Positions 25,002-37,459 are shown, counted from the whole stretch's first letter. The stretch is DNA of 58,410 nucleotides, filler included, from Nemertoderma westbladi (GCA_032718475.1; 3 parts of 3 records of this genome joined end to end with filler, not necessarily neighbours in it), one strand, 5' to 3'. Notes: generated from the sequence alone by a model not told the origin. Made by a program: numbers and translations.

Positions 25002-26699
25002 ATGTATGCCAATACACCCAGCGACATTACTAAGGTACAACGGACATCCATCGGACATCTTGCCTTTCAAGAATATGGATGGAATTTCAAAGTTGGAAAT
25101 CCTATCAATTACCAGCAAGTATATGGAGATCATTACTCTCGTTTATATTTTGATGGACCATTAACTGCGCCTGGTGCCGTATATAGCTTTATGAGTGTTC
25201 CACTTCGCCCTTCCTTAGCTATATACACGATCTTTGAAAACGCAGCACTTGCCGGTTGGCTAGCCGATGTGTGCAGTCGTACCATACGCGCTCACCCATT
25301 AATACTTGGAACTAAACTCGCCAAGTTAGACGAACACAATAAGTTCATACGTTTCGAATGTTTCCGGCGCTTTCTGACTCCGTTCCGTAACGTCGATAGT
25401 CAGTTCAAGGACCGCGCGCTGACCAAACTCAGTCTGAGAGACTCAGCTGCGGAGAAACTGAGTAGCGCTGGATTTGCCGTTTTTCAAGACGTTTGTATAC
25501 AGAACTTACATTCATCCGTTATACAAAGACCCCGAATACCTACAGGTTATTCCGTCATGGAAATACAGACAGTGGATCCACTTACTGAGACAGACGTACC
25601 CACTTCGTCTATACAGCTGGAGGATGAACCAGTATGCTTGGAATCAGAAGCGATTCAGCCTACAGCTTCCCGGAGCAGTGACAATGATTATGTCATAGAG
25701 TGGTATCAAGGTCCACAGCGTCTCACACCGTACGATTATCGACACGCCAACTACGTTTCTCGAAAACGTTGTCGATTATGCGCATCGAGAGACCACTTCA
25801 CTCCTCTAGACTCGAGCGTACCTTGTTCCTATTTCCTCGAACAACCGATGATGGAAATATATTGTGCTTATTGCCGGCTTAATAACTCTCATATTTTTGC
25901 CATCTGCCCACAATTTATGACTCAATGTCACTACTGTCAACTTAAAGGACATGAAAGTTACAATTGTCCCTTTAATCGCGATTTAGAGAGCGTAGACGAG
26001 ATGATCCCCCTGCGATACATCCGAGCTTGGGAAGCGAACGCGGATTTACATTGCGAATCCCGACATCGCTATTACCCTGGACGAGCTTACGAGGGAGTTT
26101 ACGCGTTCCATCCTTATCTATTCGCGTCGATTGAACAGAAAACACGCGTACCAAGTTACGAGTTAATGAAGCGTGTTGGTGAGTGTATTTCCACCAAGTT
26201 TGTCAGAAAATACCTTAGAAACGTTAACCCTAATGATATAACCACATATCACCTGATCAATTTTATCCGTCAGGACCCTGAGTATGGCGACATCTTTGTG
26301 AACTCGCATCCTGAACTACAGGAAGTATCTCGGCGACCATATGAATATCGAACCCGAGAACGCGAGCTGGAGAGAACCATTAAACCGAGAAAGTTCCTCA
26401 CCACTCACGGTCCACCCACCGCTAGTGTCCAGACAACCCGTCAAGGACCCGTAGGAGCTGCTGTACTGAGACGCGCTCTAAAGGCCGTTAGACCTCGCTC
26501 CACTGAGGTTGATATTAATCAACCAGGTACTTCGACCGGCGGGTATACCGATCGTAACCCTACACCTTCTGATGCAATTGAATTGCACCCTTCGCCTAGG
26601 AGCTACAGCCCTCCTCGTAAAGTGGCTCGCCCCAAAGAGAAAAGGACTCTTGCTAGCCTCACGAAACTGCGTAAACGCCGTCCGCGTAAGAAAGACTAA
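25002..26699 (+). CDS. 565-aa retroelement accessory protein with three CCHC-like zinc knuckles and a basic C-terminus
   Basis: CRLCASRDH-x9-C, CAYCRLNNSHIFAIC and CHYCQLKGHESYNC (canonical CX2CX4HX4C); ends KLRKRRPRKKD; stops 77 nt before the LTR. Confidence 0.75.
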   Translation: MYANTPSDITKVQRTSIGHLAFQEYGWNFKVGNPINYQQVYGDHYSRLYFDGPLTAPGAVYSFMSVPLRPSLAIYTIFENAALAGWLADVCSRTIRAHPLILGTKLAKLDEHNKFIRFECFRRFLTPFRNVDSQFKDRALTKLSLRDSAAEKLSSAGFAVFQDVCIQNLHSSVIQRPRIPTGYSVMEIQTVDPLTETDVPTSSIQLEDEPVCLESEAIQPTASRSSDNDYVIEWYQGPQRLTPYDYRHANYVSRKRCRLCASRDHFTPLDSSVPCSYFLEQPMMEIYCAYCRLNNSHIFAICPQFMTQCHYCQLKGHESYNCPFNRDLESVDEMIPLRYIRAWEANADLHCESRHRYYPGRAYEGVYAFHPYLFASIEQKTRVPSYELMKRVGECISTKFVRKYLRNVNPNDITTYHLINFIRQDPEYGDIFVNSHPELQEVSRRPYEYRTRERELERTIKPRKFLTTHGPPTASVQTTRQGPVGAAVLRRALKAVRPRSTEVDINQPGTSTGGYTDRNPTPSDAIELHPSPRSYSPPRKVARPKEKRTLASLTKLRKRRPRKKD

Positions 26700-26776
26700 C
26701 TGTTTAGAGTATCTTTAGGTTTTAGAAACTGTGATTTTATATTTTATAGACTGAAAATCCCATTTTCTGGGAGCGG

Positions 26777-27998
26777 TGTAAAAGCCTTTGCTGAATTGCC
26801 CCGTTATTTTTATTATATTTTACATTAAAATACTCTGTAGTTGATTTAATAGGTGTAAGAGACTGTATTATTGCTGTATCGATGTTTTTTAGAGGATCTA
26901 AGAGCTATTTCCTCCGTATGTGTACTGTGGAAGGCATAGTTGATGATTCTATGGCAATTCCGTGACGCAAAAGGTGATAGCTACTCTTGAACAGTAGTTA
27001 CTATGACGACGGTTAACAGCTGATATTCATACGTGTTGATTTTCTTTGTTCTACGGCATCTCTCAGTTCAGTCAGCCAATCAGAGCATTTTTATGGCTCT
27101 TGTAGATAAATTTCCTAGAAATCAGGCAATGCTTTATGTGCAGTGTTTACATTCTGTCCTGAGCCAGGAGAGAGCGGCTTGGAAATATTTTGTGCTTTTC
27201 TGTTTTTAGCCTAACACTAGTAGGCTTAATTATAAGGACATATATCCGTTATCACACACTGAATCACTGTGCAACTTACCTAAACAAACCAAATCTGCAT
27301 GTACCACACTGGTGCATACTTTTATATTGTTATACTGCTATTTACTGTCGGTTCTTCATAATATGGTTGATGAATTATTATATTTGGAATAACGATAAAT
27401 AACCCCGAAACCCCAATATTCTTGATATACCGAAGGTAAGAGAGAAAGGTTACATATAACGATTGTGACTTATGTTAAAGTGGTTTGAAGTGAATCTAAT
27501 GTTATTTGATAGACCCTACATGAGTCGGTCCGTGTTCCTTTTATATGTGACTAAAATCAGTGAAGATCGGCAGATTAGTGTGCAGTATTGTGCAGCATTG
27601 TGTATGAGTGATACTGATAACGAAGCATTTCCTAAAGAATGCGCCATATATGTGAATTATAACTAAGCCATATCGTTGTGAGTAGTTTAAGTCATAACTC
27701 TGTTTATATAGATAGAGCGCCACGTCCTAAAGGAACTGTTAATATTTCCCGAAGGTGAATAATATTGTCAGAGATTATATAATACTGTCAGTCGAATAAT
27801 ACATTAGGCTTACATAGCAATAAGATTAAGCCGTCGAACCCAATCTCCCGGGTATATCCAGCGGGTGAATGATCGCGCACAGATTGGTTTCGACTAGTGT
27901 AGTGAATCAAATACTTGTCATAGGCTAAAGGCGAATTATTATCTAGAAGACATCCTACTTTGGCGGGTTAAACTGCCAAAGGTCTGAAAGCGCGAACA
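26777..27998 (+). repeat. 3' LTR (1222 bp)
   Basis: TGT...ACA termini, CCAAT box near 27076, homology to 42453-43645 on the minus strand. Confidence 0.85.
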
Positions 27999-27999
27999 C

Positions 28000-28662
28000 A
28001 ACCAAATGAGATCAGGTTTCACTACCAGACAATTCGCCCTCTAGCGGTAGACGGGGGATCTGTAGACGACTCTTAAGACTCCATAAAGTTATAGCCTATG
28101 CTGTAATAGATGCCTACCAAGTTTCAGTCTAAACGGATAGTAAATAACAAAGTTGGAGAAGATGTTCACTTTCAGACATTTCGCCCTCTAGCTGAAGACT
28201 GGGGAATTATAGACGACTCATCGACTCCGTAAATATTGAGCCTATGCTGTAATAGATGCCTACCAAGTACCAGTCTAAACGGATTGTAAATAACGAAGTT
28301 GGAGAAGGTGGTCACTTTCAGTGATTTTACCCTCTAGCGGCAGATTGGAGAAATGCAGATATATCTGCGTCTCTGTAAAAATGCAGCCTTTGCTTAATTA
28401 GACACCTGCAAAGTTTTATCTTAAACGGATTGTAAATAACAAAGTTAGAGAAGATTTTCACTTAAGGCAATTCACCCTCTAGCGGCAGATGGCGGAACTT
28501 CAGACGGCTCTGAATATTACGTTGCGTCGTTACGAGTTAGGGTGAGACCTTTCTAACGAGCTATAGCAAGCGAGATTTCATCGAGATGGGTTCGATTGTA
28601 TAGCCGATGACAAACAGACACACAGACAATTGATTTTTATATACCGGTATATTAGATTAGAT
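28000..28662 (-). mobile_element. Helitron-like non-autonomous element with 3-4 tandem ~145-bp repeats
   Basis: Repeating TTCGCCCTCTAGCGG...GCCTATGCTGTAATAGATGCCTACCAAG...TAAACGGATTGTAAATAACAAAGTT; terminal ACAGACA microsatellite then TTTTATATA..TAGAT. Confidence 0.5.
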
Positions 28663-29059
28663 AAAATAATAATAATACAGTAAGAAGGCCTACATAAATA
28701 ATCACTTTACTACAGTAAAACAATAAAATAGCTAAAATGTTATAAACCTCTCCTTCCATGCAGCCATTGATTGATAAAGCAGAATTACTCTTGGACAGTT
28801 CGCACAGACAACCCACCCCAATCAACACTCCAGCCTGGCTTGCTCCTTATCTGTGCCCAGCCAGCTAGCTGCGAGTTCAATAATTACCTTAACGTTGCTA
28901 TGATACAGAAAAAATCCTTCCCTATTCACTAACAATAGGCCAATTCGATCGTGCTTGGTGAATAGGACATATTTATACACTATTTGATTTTTAATCAATA
29001 AATAATCCTACATATTTATATTAAACACTCGAATAAAATAAAAACTTTGTGAGAATGGG

Positions 29060-29450
29060 ACACGGCGAATCTACCCATGTTAATTTTATACCAGATGGGA
29101 TAAATGTTACCCCTCTAAATAATTAATTACCGATAGAAGAACCGAAATACTTCGATAAATTTCGCCCGAACGAACACAAAATACGCATTCACGCAAACAA
29201 ACGTGTAAAATAAAACCTGGAGACAGTGACAGCTGTCGGCATCGTGTTAATACGCATCGAATGAGCCACAAAGCAAGTAGTGAGAGCGAAATCTGACGAC
29301 GTGTATCGATGGACATACATACATACAAATTTACATACAAATTTACATACAAATTTACATACAAATTTACATACAAATTTACATACAAATTTACATACAA
29401 ATTTACATACAAGTTTACATACAAACTGAGCAGATTTATATATATTAGAT
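29060..29450 (-). mobile_element. Helitron-like element end with a (ACATACAAATTT)n 12-bp array
   Basis: About 9 tandem 12-mers at 29320-29425 followed by TTTATATATATTAGAT, the same end layout as 28600-28660. Confidence 0.5.
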
Positions 29451-29454
29451 TACT

Positions 29455-31142
29455 CTATCGTAGATAATGTAGTACCAGACGAACTGAAATTAGCTAAGGT
29501 TGTTCCTCTGTATAAAAAGAATAGTAAAGTAGAACCCTGTAATTACAGACCTGTTAGTATCTTAAGTATTGTATCTAAAATTCTAGAACGTTCTGTTTTT
29601 CTACAGCTGGAAGCACATCTTAGTAGGCTAAATCTGATCTATGAACTTCAGTCCGGTTTTCGTAAATCATATTCTACAGACACCTGTCTTATTAACTTAA
29701 CTGATACAATTAGATGTAATAACGCAAAGGGCTTATATACTGGTATGGTAATGTTGGACCTACAAAAGGCTTTCGATACTGTAGATCACGAAATTCTGAT
29801 AGGTAAGTTAGGTCTGATGGGTGTAGGTTCTATAGACTGGTTCAAGTCCTACCTGTCAGACAGAGGTCAAACTGTAGTCATTAGCAAATCGCAGTCTACT
29901 GTACAAGAGATTACATGTGGTGTACCGCAAGGTAGTATATTAGGTCCTCTGCTTTTTGTATGCTATGTAAATGATATGATAAGTAGTATTGATCCCGATT
30001 TTACACTCATTTTATATGCCGACGACAGTGCTCTTATTTTCTCTCATAAAGATCGTATCCACATTTTCCAAAAGTTAAGTGCAGTTCTAGAATCCTGTAA
30101 TGAGTGGTTGGTTGAGCTATCCATTCACTACGGTAAGACTGAAAGTATTTTGTTTGGTTCCAAAAGAAAGTTAAAGAAGGTAACTAAGTTTGAAGTCACT
30201 AGAAATGGACAAAGATTGAAAATAAAAAGGAAGTTAATTATTTAGGCGCCACATTGGATTACTGCTTATCAGGAGAAAGTACAGTGAAAAATATTTTCTC
30301 GAAAGTTAACAGTAGGCTTAGGTTTCTATACAGAAATAAAAATAGTTTAAACACCAACTCCCGCAAGTTACTTTGCTCTTTTTTTAATACAGTCACATGG
30401 ACTATGTGTGCTCTTCTTGGTATGAAGGCTTAACCAAACAGCTTAAATGTAAATTACAAGTAGCTCAGAATAAAGTAGTACGATTTATTAAAGACTACAA
30501 ACCTAGACACCACCTAACTCCAGATGACTTTTCTGAATCTGGACTACTTAACTTAGATAGTAGAGTTAAGCAGCTACGCCTTAACCATGTGCATAAAGTG
30601 TATAATGGTAAATGTCCCAATTACCTAAAACAAAAATTCAACAGAGTACGCGATACACACTCTTACAGTACCAGAGCTAGTGCTTCAAACTTTTACCTCC
30701 CGAATTGTAAATCCTTTGAATCTGATACTTTCTTTTTTAACGGCATTAAAAATGGAACACTCTGCCTAATGAAATTAAAAACCTAGATAATCAACATTCT
30801 TTTAAATCTGCAGGAATTATTTACTATTTATACTGTAATTTTGTTTTATATTAAATAGTTCTGTACATTACATCTTTATCGTTGAGTCGGGCATTGTCAC
30901 GCTCTCGGTAAAGTTGTACATGTACATAGTGTAATTACGTTTTATATTGGTTTTAGGTTAGCGTAGTGTAATATTGTATTTGTAACCAAGTAACATAAAG
31001 GACCCCCTTGGAAATAAGCTGCAAAGCTTTAGGGGTAAACCTATATGTTATGTTGGACAATACCTTTATACCGGTACATTGTTTGGTGTATTTGTTATTG
31101 TTTTTACATAATGTATAAATAAATCTATCTATCTATCTATCT
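29455..31142 (+). mobile_element. CR1/L2-group LINE 3' half, frameshifted RT pseudogene
   Basis: [55 protein letters not shown]-terminal THSYSTR; 3' UTR and (ATCT)n tail at 31123-31142. Confidence 0.9.
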
Positions 31143-31837
31143 ACAGCTATTGTAACCTCTCCACAGTATTAATGTTGGCCCAAAGATTTTTAAATACCAA
31201 CAAATTTATTTTCCAGTTGGCGGGTCATAAAGTAACTTAATGTTGGGCTATTGGGTGCTATATATCACGGCGTGAAATAAAGTAACAGTATTCTTTCAGT
31301 ATGATTGTACCGTACTGTATTCTACGGTTACGCTGAGTGGCATTCATTCTGTCGCAACTTACTGAATGGATGAGCCTGAATGCTGCAGGCAGCACAAGCT
31401 ACACAGGGAGTTACCAGCAGCGTACGGTACGGTACTGGTTCCGGTATAACATTTGATTTTTAATTGATAAAATTTCGAAACTTGAAAATAAATCGACATA
31501 ATCAATTTAAATAAAGTAGGCCTACCTGAATTTCACTTACTTTCAGGCTCTCGTTTCATATTTCACTCACTCGCTTACACTCGTTCGTGGAAATATTCCC
31601 ACTCGAGCTGACATGAAATACAGTGCTACATTAATTAAATCGAATATACAGTATAGTTAATATTATTATTATAGCAGATTACAGCACAATAGCACTAGAT
31701 AGTCATCAGAAGTAATCTGTATAACTAAAATTCAATCAGCTGGCCTGCTGCCACCTAACATAGTAGCACAGTGAGTAAACCTTGTAGATATTCCCATGCC
31801 ATAGGTTTCACCGCAATTTTGCATAAGGTTCCACCTT

Positions 31838-32095
31838 GTTGTAGTGGTCGCATTGAATTTACATATCCTGTAGGTCGTGGGTTCGATCCTCACATGGGCC
31901 AGGGCAGTTTTCGTTTCGGCACGAATGCTTTAAAAGGACCAGCCAGGGCGCATCTATCTGCCTTGCATCCTTAAGTGGTAGCTAAATGAGTACTGGAGTT
32001 TCCTCTGGGAGTAAAGTTCTGGGGGGACCGCACTGGAAATAAGTCGTCAGACTTTCTGCGTAATCCCTGGCCTAGCGGCCGAAGAAAATATATTT
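31838..32095 (+). mobile_element. tRNA-derived SINE
   Basis: Pol III B box GGTTCGATCCT near 31880 with a degenerate A box upstream; central GCCTTGCATCCTTAAGTGGTAGCTAAATGAGTAC block; 3' segment similar to the LINE tail at 31000-31040. Confidence 0.7.
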
Positions 32096-32461
32096 TTTTT
32101 ATTCATTGGTAAGAACTATCAGCTGACGGTGTAATAATATTACAAAATTTATTTTTTACAAACAAACAGTTTACGTTTGCTTAATGTCTGGGGGAGAGTG
32201 AGTGAGTAAACCCAGCTTACTAAAACTTGGCAAGAAATATAATTCTCTGTAGTTTGGGCATATCCATTAAATAGCATTACTCACTATGCGTTTTTCATGA
32301 GCACCAGCTGGTACATTGTGTCTATGACGTTTTTTTTTTTGGATGGGTGGTGTAGCTAAGCATATGGACTGGCCTACTATGCACCTGGAAATTATTAGGG
32401 CTGTCAGCCAGCCTTGACAAATTCTTACCGTAAGTAAACTCTCGGTTCCTAATTCACTTAC

Positions 32462-32661
32462 CAGTCGCATGTTGATGCCAATTTTAGTGCTGGAGCCTCC
32501 ATTCAGAGTAAAAGTTGATGAAGAGAAATCAGGTATCTCATCTGTTCCATGTATTGCTAAATAAAATGCTGCAGGTTGGTATGCCGATGCATTGGCGCCA
32601 TATTGTGGAGAATAATCGTAGGATTCGATATTTAGGAGCAATCCAATGTTGTGAGCTCTAC
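32462..32661 (-). CDS. Internal exon of a DEG/ENaC (amiloride-sensitive sodium channel) family gene, extracellular domain
   Basis: 200-nt exon bounded by TATAG| and |GTAAGT, reading GRAHNIGLLLNIESYDY..AAFYLAIHGTDEIPDF..FTLNGGSSTKIGINMRL; this follows the family pattern GLxLxLNIExxEY..AGxxxxIHxxxExP..xPGxxTxIxL. Confidence 0.7.
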
Positions 32662-32799
32662 CTATATTTAGGAAATAGTAGTCAACAATTATCACAATAA
32701 GACATTTGTAAGGCATATATAAGGCATAGGCGAAGTAAGTTATTGTTAAAAAATTGATGACTGAAGTTTACCTCTTCCTGAATCTTGGGATTAACTGAT

Positions 32800-35780
32800 A
32801 ATAATAGTAATATATAATATTTATATAGCGCCTTATCAGAGTTTATGCAAGGCGCAATCAATTATTAAAAGCACAGATAAAGCTAGTAATACAATCAAGT
32901 TAAAAATTTCTAGTTATTGTATTCCAGATTAAAATAATGAGTTTTTAGTGACTTTTTGAAGCAGTGTAACGTTTCGGATTCTCGAATTTCTTGAGGCAGG
33001 GCATTCCATATTGTCGGTGTTGATACTTAAAAAGCGCATTTCTCGTAATGGACAGTTCTAAATCTAGGGACCACGAGTAAGCCAGCGTTACTCGAACGTA
33101 ACTGGTGAGTCGGATTATAGGTTGTTAACAGCTATGTCAGGTAGGCTGGGGCACATCTGTTCAAACACTTATACGTTAACATGGCTTTCTTGTAGTCGAT
33201 GCGACGTTTTATTGTGAGCCAATGCAATTGTTTTAGGATTGGAGTAATATGGTCCCGTCTTTTTGCACTTATTGCAGTTTTAGATAGATTTTGTAGGCAA
33301 TCCATAATATAGTGCATTGTGTGCATTTAATTTGCTGGTAACAAGAGTGTGTATTACAGTCTCCAGGTTGTGTCTATCGAGGTACTGTTTAAGTCTTGAT
33401 AAGTTTTTTAAATGGTAGAATGCTTCGCGAACTGTTATTTGGATTTGTTTACTTAGCGTCAGATTGGATTGGAATCCAGCTCAAGGCCAATATTACGTGC
33501 GTCTGGACTACAGTAGATTATGTCAGTTCCTATTTTAACCATTAGAGGAGGTAGGTGGTATCGGTTGTGGTGGTAGGTTGTTCGTGGTATCTGTGTACCA
33601 AAGCGGGATAGCAGTAATATTACCTCAATTTTGTCAGTATTCAGCTTTAGGAAAAAAGTCCTCATGCAGTTGTTAATGTCTCTCATGCAATTTTTCAATG
33701 ACCTTCACTGCTTGGTCAATTTTTGCAAGCTCATACAGTTGAGTGTTGTCCGCATATAGGTGGTAAGACATGCTGTGTCTTCGAATTATAGTCGACAGAG
33801 ATCTGGTGTATATTGTGAACAATATTGTCCGGAGCACAGAAACCTGCGTCAACCTACAACGTAGATTGTGTATTCTGGAATATGCACTTCCTTTGCGGGT
33901 TTGTTGTGTGCGTTCGTCGAGATAAGAAATAATCCAAGTTAGTGCTTCCTGACATACACTTATCTTGCTCAAGTATGTGAAGTAGTTTCTCATGTTCTAC
34001 AGTGTCGAATGCTGCACTGAAATCGAGCATAATTAGCATACATGCGGACCCATTTTCAATACTTCGCAATAATCCATTGTTTACTACAAGTAAGTAGGCC
34101 TACTCTCTGCTGTGCTGTTGTTTGTACGAACAACCGGGAAGAATATTTAAGTTCATATATTCCAATAGGTGTTCTGCGACCACCCTTTCCGTAAGTTTTG
34201 AAATGTACAATAAATTACTTATCGGTCTAAAGTTTTTAGGAAATTCAGGATTCAACCGAGCTTTCTTTAGAATTGGTGTCAAAACATTTTCTTTAAACAT
34301 TATTTGTACAGTGCACATCGATATATGATGGTTTATTATCAGTGTAATTACTGCGAGAAGATCAGGTCCGGGTGTGTTGAGTCGGTGCGTTGGGTGACCA
34401 GGTGCACAGAGTCGATGTGGAGGGCATCCGGGTGCCCAGAGTCGACACCATAGGCGTCCAAGTGTGCTGAGGCGACGTGGTGGGTGTCTGGGTGCGCGGA
34501 GTCAACATGGTCCGTGTCCTGGTGCCTGGAGTCGATGCCTTAGGCGTCCAAGTGTGCTGAGGCGACGTGGTGGGTGTCTGGGTGCGTGGAGTCAACATGG
34601 TCCGTGTCCGGGTGCATGGAGTCGATGCTGTGGGTGTCCGGTTGCGAGGTTCAATGCGGTGGGAATCTGTGTGCGTGGAGTCGATACCATGGGTGTCCGG
34701 GTGCGCGGAGTCAATGTGTTGGATGTCTGGGTGTGTGCGAGTCAATGCGGTGGGCGTCCGGGTGTGTGGAGTCGACACGGTGGGCGTCGGGGTGCACTGT
34801 GTCGATGCGGTGGGCATCAGGACGCGTGGAGACGATGGGGTGGGCATCTAGGTGTGTGGAGTTATTGTGGTGGGTGTCTGGGTGTGCGGAGTCGATGTGG
34901 TGGGCGTCTGTGTGCGTGGAGTACTCCTGGCCCTGCAAAGTAGAAGCTGAGTTGCACAGCAGTTTACAATGTTTATTGTTTGGATCGAGTCTAAGACACA
35001 GAAATTAGTAGTTTGATTTGATCGTTGTTAATTATTCAACCAATTACATTCTCTGTCCCAGGAATTATGCTTACATTGTAAGGGGTAGAGGAAACTTCAA
35101 AACGTGTGATCGTGGAAGGATTGGTTCTAATGAAAGTACGTGAGCACATTAATTTTTGAGAGAGTGAAGCACCGTCAATTACTGCACCTCGGTGAATCAA
35201 ATGCGTATCAGGTTCTGTGATTACAGAACGTGCCTTTTTCATCGGAGCTTGTACTGAATCTTGGCTTCAGCAGGTGTGTATTCGGGGGAGATATACAGGT
35301 GTGAGCGGTGCTGGGATCTGCATAGCTCACGTGCCTTACGCTCTAGCACCGTGTGTTTTTCAGGCTGTAGTTTAGCTACAATTGGCTGACCATGGATTGC
35401 TCTCTGTTTACCAACATGTTTCACACCGACTTCCGTCTTGTCCTGTTCAACCTCCATATCTCACGAGCAACCTCCCTTACCAGGTTTTTCCCGTTCATTG
35501 AGCTGATTCAACTTTATGACAATATTTGTCTTGTGGTGATTCTGTTCAGTTTCTTCCTTGTTGATTTCTCATGGAAGGGATGCAACATTAGTACCACTAC
35601 CAGTATTACTTTCCATAATATGTCGGTTATTCCACGTTTCCAATTTCCTTGTAAGTAGACCAGTAACGATGTTTTCTTCGTGAGTTCAAGCCCGAGAATA
35701 GAAACAGCCCATTTTCATTATGCTGTTAACTCTAAGGAACCAGCTTAGCTCATCTAACTAGCTGCAATATGGAACCTGGC
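32800..35780 (-). mobile_element. Degenerate near-full-length L2/CR1-group LINE (ORF1 remnant plus ORF2 RT remnant)
   Basis: ORF1-like KARELCRS..LYISPEYTPAEAKIQYKLR (35239-35457); RT pieces TPILKK..NFRPISNL, LDFSAAFDTVEH, HLYADNTQLY, LKLNTDKIE, DHITPILKQLHWL; AATAAT-rich tail near 32800. Confidence 0.8.
34365..34922. repeat. GC-rich ~30-bp minisatellite
   Basis: About 18 diverged units of GTCCGGGTGTGCGGAGTCGATGCGGTGGGT; explains the overlapping spurious ORFs. Confidence 0.85.
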
Positions 35781-35792
35781 ATGTGCTAGGGA

Positions 35793-37160
35793 TGTGGGGC
35801 GAGCGACGAAAGTAAGCGAGCTTAGCATACAGGTACCACTAACTCAATCAGTGTGTCTGTTGATCTGTTGTTCTGTTGTGGGGCGAGCGACGAAATTAAG
35901 CGAGCTTAACATACAGGTACCACTAACTCAATCGGTGTGTCTGTTGCTCTGTTGTTCTGTTTATCTGTCGATCTGTTGTTCTGTCGTTCTGTCGTTCTGT
36001 TGTGTCCAATTTTAAACGTTAATAACTCAGTCAAATGTTAATGAAATTTAACCAAACTTGGTACACATGTAGTCTGGCAAAAGTTTAGAAATTTTCCAAG
36101 TTGAATTTGCGTGGGGTCTTCGTGCAGCATCTGTGTAACTGTCTTACAGTTATAATAAATTAATCTACCCAAAAATTATTGGGCTTGGCATCAGCTGGTT
36201 GCTAGGAGACTACAGGATTACAGTACGGTACCGGTACTGTTAACTGTTACAGTGGTACAGTACAGAGTTACCGGTACCGCCTACAGGTCGTTGGTCGTTG
36301 GCAAGGCCATCTAAACAACTTATTCATCTAAACAGCTTCCGACAGTCCGATGTATCTGGACCCGAGCAGCCGAGTGGCATCAAGAAGCGATTAACTGAGG
36401 AATAAATACTACGGAATTGCTTGCTTGTCAGTAAGATTCTATTTACAACACTGGGAATACGGCGGTCGGTCGGATTATAATGCGGGCCACTCCCAAGTTC
36501 CTCATGTCTCACTCAGGCCACCCAACTTGGAGTGCGGTGGCGTCGATGACTGGACGAATCGACGAGGATTGCGATTTGGGTTTAGCGGCGGCCCGGACAG
36601 CCGGATCCTGGGATCGCCTGGGGGAAATTGTTGAAAGTCGGGCAGACGTGTATCGCACCGGATTACATTCTCAGCCACGCGAAAGTGTGAGTCGAATTCG
36701 TTGTCGAATTGGGTTGGAAGCTGCGGGAATTCTACTGTTATACGGGAATAAACCGCAGCGGTCCGGTGACTATGGACGGATACTGGGATGAGCAGGTATT
36801 TCGATCGAGTTTCTCATATTCTCGATGCTCGAGGCGGATATAGAGTTGGTTGTGTTGGGCGGAGATACCGATAGCTGGATAGCTCTGATCTGTTTATAAT
36901 TATTTGAATTTCTTAAGTACCGATTTTTGGATTGAATTGCTCAATTTTAATCTGTATCTGATAACTGAGCCTCGTCCTGCGCGAAGGCCCCATGAACGTG
37001 TTCTGTTGTTCTGTTGTTATGTCGATTTGTTGTGTCCAATTTTAAACGTTAATAACTCAGCCAAATGTTAATGAAATTTAACCAAACTTGGTACACATGT
37101 AGTCTGGTAAAAGTTTAGAAATTTTTCCAAGTTGAATTTCCGTGTGGCCTTCGAGAAGCT
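35793..37160. mobile_element. Second HINE/DINE-1-like element, same family as 17138-18186, with duplicated 5' end and a different middle
   Basis: TGTGGGGCGAGCGACGAAA at 35793 and about 35878; shared body to about 36300; shared end TAAGTACCGATTTT..CTCGTCCTGCGCGAAGGCCCCATGAACGTG near 36915-37000. Confidence 0.6.
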
Positions 37161-37459
37161 TAGATAATAGCAATTAATTAGTTAATTAAATTAATTACGG
37201 TAAAAACTGCATTTTCAACCTGCCTGTTAAAGGAAATTAATTATTTTACAGTATAATATTTAAATAATTATACTTAAAAATTATACATATGTAATCCACA
37301 TACCCCATTCTATTATAGTTTTTAATTAGTTCAAGTGATTTGCTTTAATAAATGTGTCTTTAATTGATCTAAACGTAATTAAAGCGGCACAATTATTGAG
37401 TACAAATTTAATCCTGCCCATTATTGGTCAACATAGTCTCTGCGGGGGTGTAGAGCTGC

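Larger units (their letters stand above)
23587..27998 (+). mobile_element. 3' portion of an LTR retrotransposon: short ORF, extra zinc-knuckle ORF, PPT and 3' LTR
   Basis: Purine-rich GGGAGCGG (26769-26776) directly precedes the LTR TGTAAAAGC...GCGCGAACA (26777-27998), whose boundaries are defined by the inverted homologue at 42453-43645. Confidence 0.75.

Noticed and set aside
25720-25975. Zinc-finger region as nanos
   Set aside because: Spacing does not fit the nanos CX2CX12HX10C-X7-CX2CX7HX4C pattern, and the ORF lies inside an LTR element
29107-29424. ORF with YVNL repeats
   Set aside because: Translation of a 12-bp tandem repeat
34362-35008. Several overlapping Thr/Pro- or Cys/Gly-rich ORFs as mucin-like or other genes
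   Set aside because: They are by-products of a stop-poor 30-bp minisatellite inside a decayed LINE
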